DNA of 64,000 nt, taken from Macrostomum lignano. Taxonomy: Eukaryota. Within the stretch, counting starts at the first letter, position 1. The number at the start of each line of letters is the position of its first letter. The stretch lies in the NCBI GenBank assembly GCA_002269645.1, contig NIVC01002579.1, positions 1 to 64,000 on the forward strand, in the 5' to 3' direction. This document shows, in pieces, positions 12,037-25,000 of this stretch. The translations under genes were made by a program, and so were the position numbers. The notes below the pieces were generated by a model. That model was given only the letters and a program-made list of their open reading frames with translations, had not been told where the DNA came from and searched no databases.

Positions 12037-13290
12037 AGGTTGTAGCCTAGTGAGGGTTGTAGCCTAGTGAGGGGTTGTAGCTTAGTGAGGGGTTGTAGCC
12101 TAGTGATGGGTTGTAGCCTAGTGATGGGTTGTAGCCTAGTGATGGGTTGTAGCCTAGTGAGGGGTTGTAGCCTAGTGATGGGTTGTAGCCTAGTGATGGG
12201 TTGTAGCCTTTTGATGGGTTGTAGCCTAGTGATGGGTTGTAGCCTAGTGAGGGGTTGTAGCCTAGTGAGGGGTTGTAGCCTAGTGAGGGGCTGTAGCCTA
12301 GTGAGGGGTTGTAGCCTAGTGAGGGGCTGTAGCCTAGTGAGGGGCTGTAGCCTAGTGAGGGGCTGTAGCCTAGTGAGGGGTTGTAGCCTAGTGAGGGGCT
12401 GTAGCCTAGTGAGGGGCTGTAGCCTAGTGAGGGGTTGTAGCCTAGTGATGGGCTGTAGCCTAGTGAGGGGTTGTAGCCTAGTGAGGGGCTGTAGCCTAGT
12501 GAGGGGTTGTAGCCTAGTGAGGGGCTGTAGCCTAGTGATGGGTTGTAGCCTAGTGAGGGGTTGTAGCCTAGTGAGGGGTTGTAGCCTAGTGAGGGGCTGT
12601 AGCCTAGTGAGGGGTTGTAGCCTAGTGAGGGGCTGTAGCCTAGTGAGGGGTTGTAGCCTAGTGAGGGGCTGTAGCCTAGTGAGGGGTTGTAGCCTAGTGA
12701 GGGGCTGTAGCCTAGTGAGGGGTTGTAGCCTAGTGAGGGGCTGTAGCCTAGTGATGGGTTGTAGCCTAGTGAGGGGTTGTAGCCTAGTGAGGGGTTGTAG
12801 CCTAGTGAGGGGCTGTAGCCTAGTGAGGGGTTGTAGCCTAGTGAGGGGCTGTAGCCTAGTGAGGGGTTGTAGCCTAGTGAGGGGTTGTAGCCTAGTGAGG
12901 GGTTGTAGCCTAGTGAGGGGTTGTAGCCTAGTGAGGGGCTGTAGCCTAGTGAGGGGTTGTAGCCTAGTGAGGGGTTGTAGCCTAGTGATGGGTTGTAGCC
13001 TAGTGATGGGTTGTAGCCTAGTGAGTGGTTGTAGCCTAGTGAGGGGTTGTAGCTTAGTGAGGGGCTGTAGCCTAGTGATGGGTTGTAGCCTAGTGAGGGG
13101 TTGTAGCTTAGTGAGGGGTTGTAGCCTAGTGATGGGTTGTAGCCTAGTGAGGGGTTGTAGCCTAGTGATGGGTTGTAGCCTAGTGAGGGGTTGTAGCCTA
13201 GTGATGGGTTGTAGCCTAGTGAGTGGTTGTAGCCTAGTGAGGGGCTGTAGCCTAGTGAAGGGGTTGCAGCCTTGTGAGGGGTTGTAGCCC
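12037..13290. repeat. 18-bp minisatellite (GTTGTAGCCTAGTGAGGG) derived from the SINE head
   Basis: About 70 copies directly abutting the SINE 5' end, which reads GTTGTAGCCTAGTGG. Confidence 0.95.
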
Positions 13291-13295
13291 AGTAA

Positions 13296-13530
13296 AGGCG
13301 TTGTAGCCTAGTGGCCAGTGTCAGACTCAAAAACAAGAGGTCGGGGGTTCGAATCTCGACCCAATCCGAACAATTTGTGCCCTTGAGCAAGACACGCAAC
13401 TCTGCAATGTTTCAGTTCAACCAGCTGTATAATAAGTGCCAGCTGGAGTAACTGAGGGTGTGTTGCGAACCCCCCCCCCCAAGACTTTGTCCTGAACAGC
13501 CGTACGCAGCCTTCAGAGCAGCATCTTTTG
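13296..13530 (+). mobile_element. tRNA-derived SINE, copy 1
   Basis: A-box TAGCCTAGTGG, B-box GGTTCGAATC, central GTGCCCTTGAGCAAGACAC block resembling CORE/Meta-type SINE cores. Body aligns by eye with 21900-22100. Confidence 0.7.
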
Positions 13531-14559
13531 TGCTGCTACAGTTGCTGCTTTTATGTTACTCGTAAATCCTAACCAATCCAACGAGACTCAAAAGAATAAT
13601 AAACTACAAAGCCTACTCTATAGTAGGCTAGCAGGGAAAATTGCTTGTAAAGAGATGCGAGCGGATTTTTTATTTAAAATGTCAATGCCGAACTGTACTT
13701 GAAAATGATTTTAAACAATTTAAACAGTTTAATTAACAATAGTGAACGACAGAGAAAAAAAGAACAAACGAAAAAAATGGTGCTGCTAAGAACTGCCAAT
13801 CAGAACTAGTATTTACTTATGCAGTAAAACAACAACATATGAAGAAAGACAATAAAAAAGGGAATTAGAAAATTTATTAGCGACAAGAATTTACAAGGGG
13901 ATTAATAAAAAATTGACAAGGAACAGCAGCATAAAAAATCAACACGATAGCTCTGGAAGATAAGAAGAAAACCGGATTTCCAAAAGGCAAATAGATCAAG
14001 GCATTACCTGAATTACCAATAGAAAATAAGTGGGCAAACACGCGTCTACTACTGATTTACTAATGACCATAAGTAGTAGGCACGAGAATAAATATAAATT
14101 GCTATAAATGCAGTAAAATACGCAAATTAATTAGCAATTTTGAACCGAGTAGTGAAAAAAATTTATAAAGTTTGCTTGAATTTTAAAATAAAAACGACGC
14201 TATGGAATAGTCAGTAAGGATTGTGACAATAGCATGATTTTCGCCAAGTTTAAGACAATTTTACACTGGGTGACATTCCTAAGCTCAAGGTGAAACCGAT
14301 ATGTTACTGAATAAAATAAGCACATCATGCTACCAGAAGTAGTGAGTGAAACATTCAAGCAGATGCTACAAGTTCATTTTAAACAAAAAACGTGTTAAAA
14401 TTTAATGGAATAAACATTGATACTTGTAGAATGAAATGAAACTGAAACTGTACAGAACTTTTTAACACTGAATCAACCAATAATAAGCGGGCAAAAGTTA
14501 TAAAACACTCTTAAGTCTTTGGCCCAATCACTATACAATAGTATGCAATAGCCTATCTC

Positions 14560-15875
14560 TATCAATTAGTCTATAGCAAATCATTCTATCCAATAGTCTA
14601 TGCTCCAATCATTCTATCCAATAGTCTATGGTCCAATCATTCTATCCAATAGTCTATAGCCAATCATTCTATCCAATAGTCTATGCTCCAATCATTCTAT
14701 CCAATTGTCTATGCTCCAATCATTCTATCCAATAGTCTATGCTCCAATCATTCTATCCAATAGTCTATAGCCAATCATTCTATCCAATAGTCAATGCTCC
14801 AATTATTCTATCCAATTGTCTATGCTCCAATCATTCTATCCAATAGTCTATGCTCCAATCATTCTATCCAATAGTCTATAGCCAATCATTCTATCCAATA
14901 GTCAATGCTCCAATTATTCTATCCAATTGTCTATGCTCCAATCATTCTATCCAATTGTCTATGCTCCAATCATTCTATCCAATAGTCTATAGCCAATCAT
15001 TCTATCCAATAGTCAATGCTCCAATTATTCTATCCAATTGTCTATGCTCCAATCATTCTATCCAATTGTCTATGGTCCAATAATTCTATCCAATAGTCTA
15101 TGCTCCAATTATTCTATCCAATTGTCTATGCTCCAATCATTCTATCCAATTGTCTATGCTCCAATCATTCTATCCAATTGTCTATGCTCCAATCATTCTA
15201 TCCAATAGTCTATGCTCCAATCATTCTATCCAATTGTCTATGGTCCAATTATTCTATGGCTCAATCTCTATCCCATAGTCTAAGGCTTATGCCCAATCAT
15301 TCTAATTAATAGTCGATGGCTCAATTATTTTATCTAATAGTCTGTGGTCAAATCATTCAATCTAATACTCTATGGCCCAATTATTCTTTCCAGTAGTCTA
15401 TAACCCAATCATTCTATCTAATAGTGTATGACTCAAGCATTCTATCTAATAGTGTATGACCCAATCATTCTATCTAATAGTGTATGACTCAAGCATTCTA
15501 TCTAATAGTGTATGACCCAAGCATTCTATCTAATAGTGTATGACCCAAGAATTCTATCTAATAGTGTATGACCCAATCATTCTATCTAATAGTGTATGAC
15601 CCAATCATTCTATCTAATAGTGTATGACCCAATCATTCTATCTAATAGTGTATGACCCAATCATTCTATCTAATAGTGTATGACCCAATCATTCTATCTA
15701 ATAGTGTATGACCCAATCATTCTATCTAATAGTGTATGACCCAATCATTCTATCTAATAGTGTATGACCCAATCATTCTATCTAATAGTGTATGACCCAA
15801 CCATTCTATCTAATAGTGTATGACCCAATCATTCTATCTAATAGTGTATGACCGAATCATTCTATCTAATAGTGT
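14560..15875. repeat. 28-bp minisatellite in two sub-arrays (CCAATCATTCTATCCAATAGTCTATGCT; CCCAATCATTCTATCTAATAGTGTATGA)
   Basis: Two homogenised variants separated by a diverged middle (about 15250-15400). Confidence 0.95.
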
Positions 15876-16084
15876 ATTTAAAAGCCTAACGTCCAAAGGA
15901 CTCGTACAGTACAGTCGTACAGTAAACTGTCTTTGGCCTTATACATCTAATATATAAATAATGCACAGATTAAAAGCAGCAAGATTTCATAGAAGCACAA
16001 TACTCCTTCAGTTAGATACCAATACTTTGGCGAAAAAAATATTGTCATTGCTACTAGTCAAGTAGGCTAAAACGAGTATATATT

Positions 16085-19000
16085 TTAGCAACCGCAGAAT
16101 TCCTCTTCTTCTTCTGACGATTCAACCGCATAGTAGGCCGAAGTGTCGTTCACGCCTCGTCCATTGACAGACGCCGACGTTGACCTTCGCCGACGACCGC
16201 CGCTACCGTTGCGATGCTTGTGCAGACTGACGCTGGAATCGTTCATCACTTCGCTATAGGAGCGAGTCATCAGCGGCCTGCTAGTAACAAGCTTGTGGGC
16301 CAGGGTTAAAAATATCGATTCAACGTGGTCGGACCGGGAGTCGTCTTTGGCGCTGGTCTCAAATACCGGCATGCTGTGCTGGTCGGCGAAGCGCTGAGCA
16401 GCCTGGATTGGCCCATGATTATTGCGTGTAATGAGTTACTATGAGGAACTGCACCGGATGGTACAGCTTCAGCACTGGATGTTAAAGCTTCCCTAAGGGA
16501 ACTGCACTGGATGGTAAAGCTTCCCTAAGAGAAATGCACTGGATGGTAAAGCTTCCCTAAGGGAACTGCACTGGATGGTAAAGCTTCCCTAAGGGAACTG
16601 CACCAGATGGTAAAGCTTCCCTAAGGGAACTGCACCGGATGGTAAAGCTTGCCTAAGGGAACTGCACTGGATGGTAAAGCTTCCCTAAGGGAACTGCACC
16701 GGATGGTAAAGCTTCAGCACTGGATGGTAAAGCTTCCCTAAGGGAACTGCACCAGATGGTAAAGCTTCCCTAAGGGAACTGCACCGGATGGTAAAGCTTC
16801 CTAAGGGAACTGCACTGGATGGTAAAGCTTCCCTAAGGGAACTGCACCAGATGGTAAAGCTTCCCTAAGGGAACTGCACCGGATGGTAAAGCTTCCCTAA
16901 GGGAACTGCACTGGATGGTAAAGCTTCCCTAAGGGAACTGCACCGGATGGTAAAGCTTCAGCACTGGATGGTAAAGCTTCCCTAAGGGAACTGCACCGGA
17001 TGGTAAAGCTTCCCTAAGGGAACTGCACTGGATGGTAAAGCTTCCCTAAGGGAACTGCACCGGATGGTAAAGCTTCCCTAAGGGAACTGCACCGGATGGT
17101 AAAGCTTCCCTAAGGGAACTGCACTGGATGGTAAAGCTTCCCTAAGGGAACTGCACCAGATGGTAAAGCTTCCCTAAGGGAACTGCACTGGATGGTAAAG
17201 CTTCCCTAAGGGAACTGCACTGGATGGTAAAGCTTCCCTAAGGGAACTGCACCGGATGGTAAAGCTTCCCTAAGGGAACTGCACCGGATGGTAAAGCTTC
17301 CCTAAGGGAACTGCACTGGATGGTAAAGCTTCCCTAAGGGAACTGCACTGGATGGTAAAGCTTCCCTAAGGGAACTGCACCGGATGGTAAAGCTTCAGCA
17401 CTGGATGGTAAAGCTTCCCTAAGGGAACTGCACCGGATGGTAAAGCTTCCCTAAGGGAACTGCACTGGATGGTAAAGCTTCAGCACTGGATGGTAAAGCT
17501 TCCCTAAGGGAACTGCACCGGATGGTAAAGCTTCAGCACTGGATGGTAAAGCTTCCCTAAGGGAACTGCACTGGATGGTAAAGCTTCCCTAAGGGAACTG
17601 CACCGGATGGTAAAGCTTCAGCACTGGATGGTAAAGCTTCCCTAAGGGAACTGCACCGGATTGTAAAGCTTCCCTAAGGGAACTGCACTGGATGGTAAAG
17701 CTTCCCTAAGGGAACTGCACTGGATGGTAAAGCTTCCCTAAGGGAACTGCACCGGATGGTAAAGCTTCAGCACTGGATGGTAAAGCTTCCCTAAGGGAAC
17801 TGCACCGGATGGTAAAGCTTCCCTAAGGGAACTGCACCAGATGGTAAAGCTTCCCTAAGGGAACTGCACTGGATGGTAAAGCTTCCCTAAGGGAACTGCA
17901 CCGGATGGTAAAGCTTCAGCACTGGATGGTAAAGCTTCCCTAAGGGAACTGCACCGGATGGTAAAGCTTCCCTAAGGGAACTGCACTGGATGGTAAAGCT
18001 TCAGCACTGGATGGTAAAGCTTCCCTAAGGGAACTGCACTGGATAGTAAAGCTTCCCTAAGGGAACTGCGCCGGATGGTAAAGCTTCCCTAAGGGAACTG
18101 CACTGGATAGTAAAGCTTCCCTAAGGGAACTGCGCCGGATGGTAAAGCTTCCCTAAGGGAACTGCACCGGATGGTAAAGCTTCCCTAAGGGAACTGCACT
18201 GGATGGTAAAGCTTCCCTAAGGGAACTGCACTGGATGGTAAAGCTTCCCTAAGGGAACTGCACTGGATGGTAAAGCTTCCCTAAGGGAACTGCACTGGAT
18301 GGTAAAGCTTCCCTAAGGGAACTGCACCGGATGGTAAAGCTTCCCTAAGGGAACTGCACTGGATGGTAAAGCTTCCCTAAGGGAACTGCACTGGATGGTA
18401 AAGCTTCCCTAAGGGAACTGCACTGGATGGTAAAGCTTCCCTAAGGGAACTGCACTGGATGGTAAAGCTTCCCTAAGGGAACTGCACCGGATGGTAAAGC
18501 TTCCCTAAGGGAACTGCACTGGATGGTAAAGCTTCCCTAAGGGAACTGCACTGGATGGTAAAGCTTCCCTAAGGGAACTGCACTGGATGGTAAAGCTTCC
18601 CTAAGGGAACTGCACTGGATGGTAAAGCTTCCCTAAGGGAACTGCACCGGATGGTAAAGCTTCCCTAAGGGAACTGCACTGGATGGTAAAGCTTCCCTAA
18701 GGGAACTGCACTGGATGGTAAAGCTTCCCTAAGGGAACTGCACTGGATGGTAAAGCTTCCCTAAGGGAACTGCACTGGATGGTAAAGCTTCCCTAAGGGA
18801 ACTGCACTGGATGGTAAAGCTTCCCTAAGGGAACTGCACTGGATGGTAAAGCTTCCCTAAGGGAACTGCACTGGATGGTATAAGCTCACCTGAGTGCTAA
18901 CACGCGCCGTCTCGTCGCACTTGTTCCCAATAAGCAGCCGGGGCACCTCGGGCGGCAGATAGTGCTGATCGCATTCACGCAGCCAGCCGCCAAGATTATT

Positions 19001-22000
19001 AAAGGACGTTAGTTTAGTGACGTCATAGACGAACACAACTGCGTGCACGTTGCGATAATAGTGCGGCAGCATTGACTGGCGGAAGCGCTCCTGGCCTGCC
19101 GTATCCCACAGCTGGAGCTGTCGGGAGGGGTGTTAGAGGGTGTTACATAAGGTAAATGCTATCTGCTGCATGTACAAATTTGTAACACATGAAGCAGGCT
19201 TATTAGCCCATTCTCCTTATCCTGCCTATATTAGTCCTTGAGAATCTGCCTCTCCGCTTCATCAGTCCTTGAGAATCTGCCTCTCCGCTCTCTCAGTTCT
19301 TGAGAATCTGCCTCTCCGCTCTCTCAGTTCTTGAGAATCTGCCTCTCCGCTCTCTCAGTTCTTGAGAATCTGCCTCTCCGCTCCCTCAGTCCTTGAGAAT
19401 CTGCCTCTCCGCTCTCTCAGTTCTTGAGAATCTGCCTCTCCTCTCCCTCAGTCCTTGAGAATCTGCCTCTCCGCTCCATTAGTCCTTGAGAATCTGCCTC
19501 TCCGCTCCATTAGTCCTTGAGAATCTGCCTCTCCGCTCCATTAGTCCTTGAGAATCTGCCTCTCCGCTCCATTAGTCCTTGAGAATCTGCCTCTCCGCTC
19601 CATCAGTCCTTGAGAATCTGCCTCTCCGCTCCCTCAGTTCTTGAGAATCTGCCTCTCTGCTCCCTCAGTTCTTGAAAATCTGCCTCTCCGCTGCCTCAGT
19701 CCTTGAGAATCTGCCTCTCCGCTGCCTCAGTCCTTGAGAATGTGCCTCTCCGCTGCCTCAGTCCTTGAGAATGTGCCTCTATGTCAAGATCCCTGTGTCA
19801 ATGTTTTATTAGTATTAAGACAGTTTGAACATTTTTTGCACTAGTAGATCTACATTTCAATCTGCCTCTGGGTCTCCGCTCCCTGGATCGCCGAATCCGG
19901 CCTCTCCGAATCAGCAAATAAAAGTGCAGTCACGCGTGCTCTACATGACAGCATGCACCAGCATTTAGGCTATAAGCCAGAAAGGACGATATTGAGAATA
20001 ATCTGTTTGATTAAATACATACTAGAGCTAAAAATAGAAAGTGAACAAAAAGATTAGTTAGACAAGGGAATCCAGTTGAGCACCAGTTCTCAAGTGTCAC
20101 GCGCTGAGCATATTTTCCTCTTTTATTCCCAGTCCAGTTAGAAAATGTTTTCCCCAAATTATTTTATACTCTTATTGATATATTTCCATATCTGAGTCTA
20201 GGCAATAGCTTTCATATAGTTAAATAGCAGCAGCTGACATTGCCACGCAAGAACAGCGTGCACAGCGACTAAAAAAGAAGAGGGGGCGATCTATCAGATC
20301 GATTACTGTCTTTGCTGATAGGAGAAACTATAGGGTGAAAGGGACATAATTATACTTGAATTAAGTAATGTTACTGAAAATTGGGTAATAATGTAATATA
20401 ACAAATTCAGTAACAATGCCAAGTATTGTAAATCAAGATAGAAATCTGGCCTACTAAAAAGGAAATCAGTTTTTCAACATAGGTGTTTTCGCGAAAATCA
20501 GCCCCTTGTTCTTCATCTTGAAGGCGTTGTAGCCTAGCAGTGGGTTGTAGCCTAGCAGTGGGTTGCAGCCTAGTAGTGGGTTGTAGCCTAGTAGTGGGTT
20601 GCAGCCTAGTAGTGGGTTGTAGCCTAGTAGTGGGTTGCAGCCTAGTAGTGGGTTGTAGGGTTGCAGCCTAGTAGTGGGTTCTGGCCTAGTAGTGGGTTCT
20701 GGCCTAGCAGTGGGTTCTGGCCTAGTAGTGGGTTGTAGCCTAGTAGTGAGTTGTAGGGTTGCAGCCTAGCAGTGGGTTCTGGCCTAGTAGTGGGTTGTAG
20801 CCTAGTAGTGAGTTGTAGGGTTGCAGCCTAGTAGTGGGTTGCAGCCTAGTAGTGGGTTGCAGCCTAGTAGTGGGTTGTAGCCTAGTAGTGGGTTGTAGCC
20901 TAGTAGTGGGTTGTAGCCTAGTAGTGGGTTGTGGCCTAGTAGTGAGTTGTAGGGTTGCAGCCTAGTAGTGGGTTGCAGCCTAGTAGTGGGTTGCAGCCTA
21001 GTAGTGGGTTGTAGCCTAGTAGTGGGTTGCAGCCTAGTAGTGGGTTGTAGCCTAGTAGTGGGTTGTAGCCTAGTAGTGGGTTGTAGCCTAGTAGTGGGTT
21101 GCAGCCTAGTAGTGGGTTGCAGCCTAGTAGTGGGTTGTAGCCTAGTAGTGGGTTGTAGCCTAGTAGTGGGTTGTAGCCTAGTAGTGGGTTGTAGCCTAGT
21201 AGTGGGTTGCAGCCTAGTAGTGGGTTGCAGCCTAGTAGTGGGTTGCAGCCTAGTAGTGGGTTGTAGCCTAGTAGTGGGTTGTAGCCTAGTAGTGGGTTGC
21301 AGCCTAGTAGTGGGTTGCAGCCTAGTAGTGGGTTGCAGCCTAGTAGTGGGTTGCAGCCTAGTAGTGGGTTGCAGCCTAGTAGTGGGTTGCAGTCTAGTAG
21401 TGGGTTGCAGCCTAGTAGTGGGTTGCAGCCTAGTAGTGGGTTGCAGCCTAGTAGTGGGTTGTAGGGTTGTAGCCTAGTAGTGGGTTCTGGCCTAGTAGTG
21501 GGTTGTAGCCTAGTAGTGAGTTTTAGGGTTGCAGCCTAGTAGTGGGTTGCAGCCTAGTAGTGGGTTGTAGGGTTGTAGCCTAGTAGTGGGTTCTGGCCTA
21601 GTAGTGGGTTGTAGCCTAGTAGTGGGTTGTAGGGTTGTGGCCTAGTAGTGGGTTGTAGCCTAGTAGTGGGTTGTATGGTTGTAGCCTAGTAGTGGGTTCT
21701 GGCCTAGTAGTGGGTTGTAGCCTAGTAGTGGGTTGTAGCCTAGTAGTGGTTGTAGCCTAGTAGTGGTTGTAGCCTAGTAGTGGGTTGTAGCCTAGTAGTG
21801 GGTTGTAGCCTAGTAGTGGGTTGTAGCCTAGTAGGGGGTTGTAGCCTAGTAGGGGGTTGTAGCCTAGTAGTGGGTTGTAGCCTAGTAGGGGGTTATAGCC
21901 TAGACTCACAAATGAAAGGTCGGGGTTTGATTCTTGATTCACTCAAAACAATTTGTGTTTTTAAGCAAGACATTTAACTCCGCATAGCTTCTATTCTCTG

Positions 22001-25000
22001 AGCTATAAAAATTGGTACCAGCAAGGTGTGTGTGGCAACCCCTTCTAGTCTTTGGCCTGAACAGCCATACATAGCCTTCAGAAGTGCTGCACAAACAGGT
22101 GAATCCAATAGAAAGTACAGTGCAGGTCTGCAAGAAAAATATCTGAGTTTGTAAATAGATTAACAAGTTTGACTACATAGTAGGCCTTGGTTTCATATTC
22201 TAACATTTTCCTTAGTATTTCATAAGGCAACAATAGAAATTATTATTGCCTTTTTTATAATTTAATATTATTATTATTTGTTATGAAACTCTTATTCATT
22301 CAGAGTTGTTGCAGAATCAAGTGCTGAATATTTATTATAAGGGATCATTTTCATAAAAGACTTTAGATTTGGGACAGTAACAAAACTATGATACACTACT
22401 ATTATTTTTTATTGAATATAAGGAACAGGGCTATGCAAAAGTAGACCTAAAGAAAGGGGCCAATGAGACTATGCCCCCTTCCATGAGCCATTGCCAAAAA
22501 ATAGGTCATTATTAGCCTATAACATGTATAGTCTTATGCATAGGCATATACTCATACAGGAGTATATAATTTTAACTATTTTATAATTAGGGATATAAAC
22601 TTTATTATGCCTTGGGGAATAGCCCTTTAAAAGCATTATTTATATAAGCAAGCCTACTTAACTTAGATTCCAATTTAGTTCCAATTTATTATAATGGCAC
22701 TTAGAAGCAAATCAAGCCTAGGCTAATCGCATATGAGAGTATTACAGTAGACTATTAGGACATTATGCCATTCCGTTTAATTTCACAATAAATAATAAAT
22801 TTTAACAATCTTGATAATGATTGAAATAATAGCATTAATTATAATGCATATCACATATTAAAATTTATTCTTTGAGGCTTTCTATATTGCTTGTTCTGGT
22901 TCTAGAACCAGAACCAATTTGTAATGTATTAACTTTTTGTCTCCTAAACTAGACTAGAGGGATATTTAGTGCTTTAAAATTGTGATTAATGAATGGCAAT
23001 AGCCAATAAGAAAGTGAAAAATTGTGCAAAGTGAGGCTATTAAGGCAGTCAAACATTCAACAAAGTTAAATAGTTGATTCCGGTCGGAAGTTCCGCCGCT
23101 GTTGCTGTGGAACGCCTGAGCTAGGGGCTTGTGGTCCGTGAAAACCGTTACTTCACGTCCCTCGATCAGGCTCCGGAAATGCAGAACGGCGAGATACACT
23201 GCGAGGAGTTCCCTGTCGAAAGCTGAGTATTTTTGCTGCGTTGCTGTCAGCTTCTTGCTGAACAGGCCGATGGGCGTCGCGACATTGCCAGTCGTTTGAT
23301 GAAGAGCTGCGCCGACGCTGTAAGACGAAGCATCTGTGACAAGGCTATAGGCGTTGCAATTCGGATCCGGGTGCTGCAACAGCAACCGCTCTGCCAAGGC
23401 AGCCTTGAGCTTGTCGAAGGCTTCTTGATGAACCGAGTTCCATCTGTAGGATCGTGGAGACTGCAGAGATGTAGTAACGAGATCCTGCAGAGGCGCGGCG
23501 ATGTCAGCGAATTTCGGGATGAAACGGCGGTAGAAGCCGATGACACCGATAAACCTACGCAGTGCGTTGGCATCCTTGGGAATCGGCCACTGCCGGATGG
23601 TGTCGACCTTGGAGGCAAGCGGCCTGATGCCCTCGGCTGACACCTGATGTCCCAGGAAGGTTACCTCCGGCTGCATGAAGGTGCACTTGCTGAGCTGTAC
23701 CTTGAGTCCGTGCTCCGATAGACGAGTCAGGACTGATTCCAGGTGTCGCAGGTGATCCTCCTCGTTTGGCGATGCGATCAGGAGGTCATCAACGTAGGCT
23801 ATCGCATATGGAAGACCCCGCAGGACGCTGTCGATGAAGCGCTGGAATGTCTGCGCTGCGTTCCGCAGCCCGAATGGCATGTGGGTCCATTCGTAGAGGC
23901 TGAATGGCGTAATAATGGCGGTCTTCGGAATATCTTCATCGGCGATCGGAATCTGGTGGTACGCTCGTACGAGGTCCAGCTTCGAGAAGATCCTTGCACC
24001 GTGAAGACTCCTTGTGAAGCACTGGATGTGCGGAATAGGATAGTTGTCCGGTTTGGTCAACTTGTTGAGCTGCCGGTAATCACCGCAGGGTCGCCATTTT
24101 CCGTTAGGTACACCGTTGTCCTTCTTGGGGACCATATGAAGAGCTGATGCCCAGTTGCTGGCGGAAGGCCGAAGGTATCCTGCGTCGATCAGCTGCTGGA
24201 ACTCGTCCTTGGCTATGGCAAGCTTCTCGGGATGTAGCTGTCGCGCTTTGGCATGTGTCGGAGGATGCTTGTTGGTGATGATGTGGTGCTTCGTGTTGTG
24301 TTTAACCTCCTCAGCTCTAGGCAGGCGACCACCTTCGACGTACGAAAAGGTGTCGGCAAAACGATCGATGAGCTGTTGCACTCTCGGATCGCAATGCTCG
24401 GGATATGCCAAGGAGACGGCGAAGCTGTCAAGCTGCAGGCTGGTGACGGGTAGAGTCTGCGTGTGCAGCGTAGTTTCTGGATCCACCAGTTGTCGTGCCT
24501 TGCAGTCAACTAAAAGACCGTACCGGGATAGGAAGTCATAACCAAGGATCGGCTGGATGACGGCGGCGACGAGGAAGGTCCACTGAAAGGATCAACGAAG
24601 TCCTCGGATGGAGACGGTGAGAGTGATCTCTCCAGAAACCGGAATGGACGTGCCGGTGGCGGTAGTCAATCTGTAACCGGTAGCCTGAAGAGCCTGGTGG
24701 AGATACTTTGGCGGAATGATGGACACAGCGGCTCCTGTGTCGACGAGGAAGGACAGACATTGACCGTTGAATGTGAGGTCCACCACCAGGAAGTGCTTCG
24801 TCGCCGCATTTCCTCGGCTGACGCTGCTCACTGCGGCGTGTTGGGCAGCGTCGTCCAGTTTCCCGGAGTTGGGCTGTTTCGCGTTGGTGACGATGATCGC
24901 GATTGCGCTGGCGTCGCCTCGTTGTTCGTAAGGACGCGCGGAAGTGCCTGGGTGCCTTTGGAAACTGGCACCAGTGGCGGCAGGTACGCGCTTGTTGGCC

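Noticed and set aside
12047-13399. 450-aa ORF of YNPSLG/YSPSLG repeats resembling the RNA polymerase II CTD
   Set aside because: It is the reverse translation of the 18-bp SINE-derived array; hexad rather than YSPTSPS heptad, no polymerase domain, non-ATG start.
16450-18885. CRISPR-like regular 32-bp repeats with a palindrome
   Set aside because: Head-to-tail units with no unique spacers, no cas genes, inside a eukaryotic intron.
22893-22914. 22-bp perfect palindrome GTTCTGGTTCTAGAACCAGAAC
   Set aside because: Isolated; possibly an excision footprint but nothing else supports a feature.
22966-23075. C-terminal tail of the 506-aa pol ORF (FNFVECL...LKH)
   Set aside because: Read-through into AT-rich flank after the element is truncated; no integrase follows.
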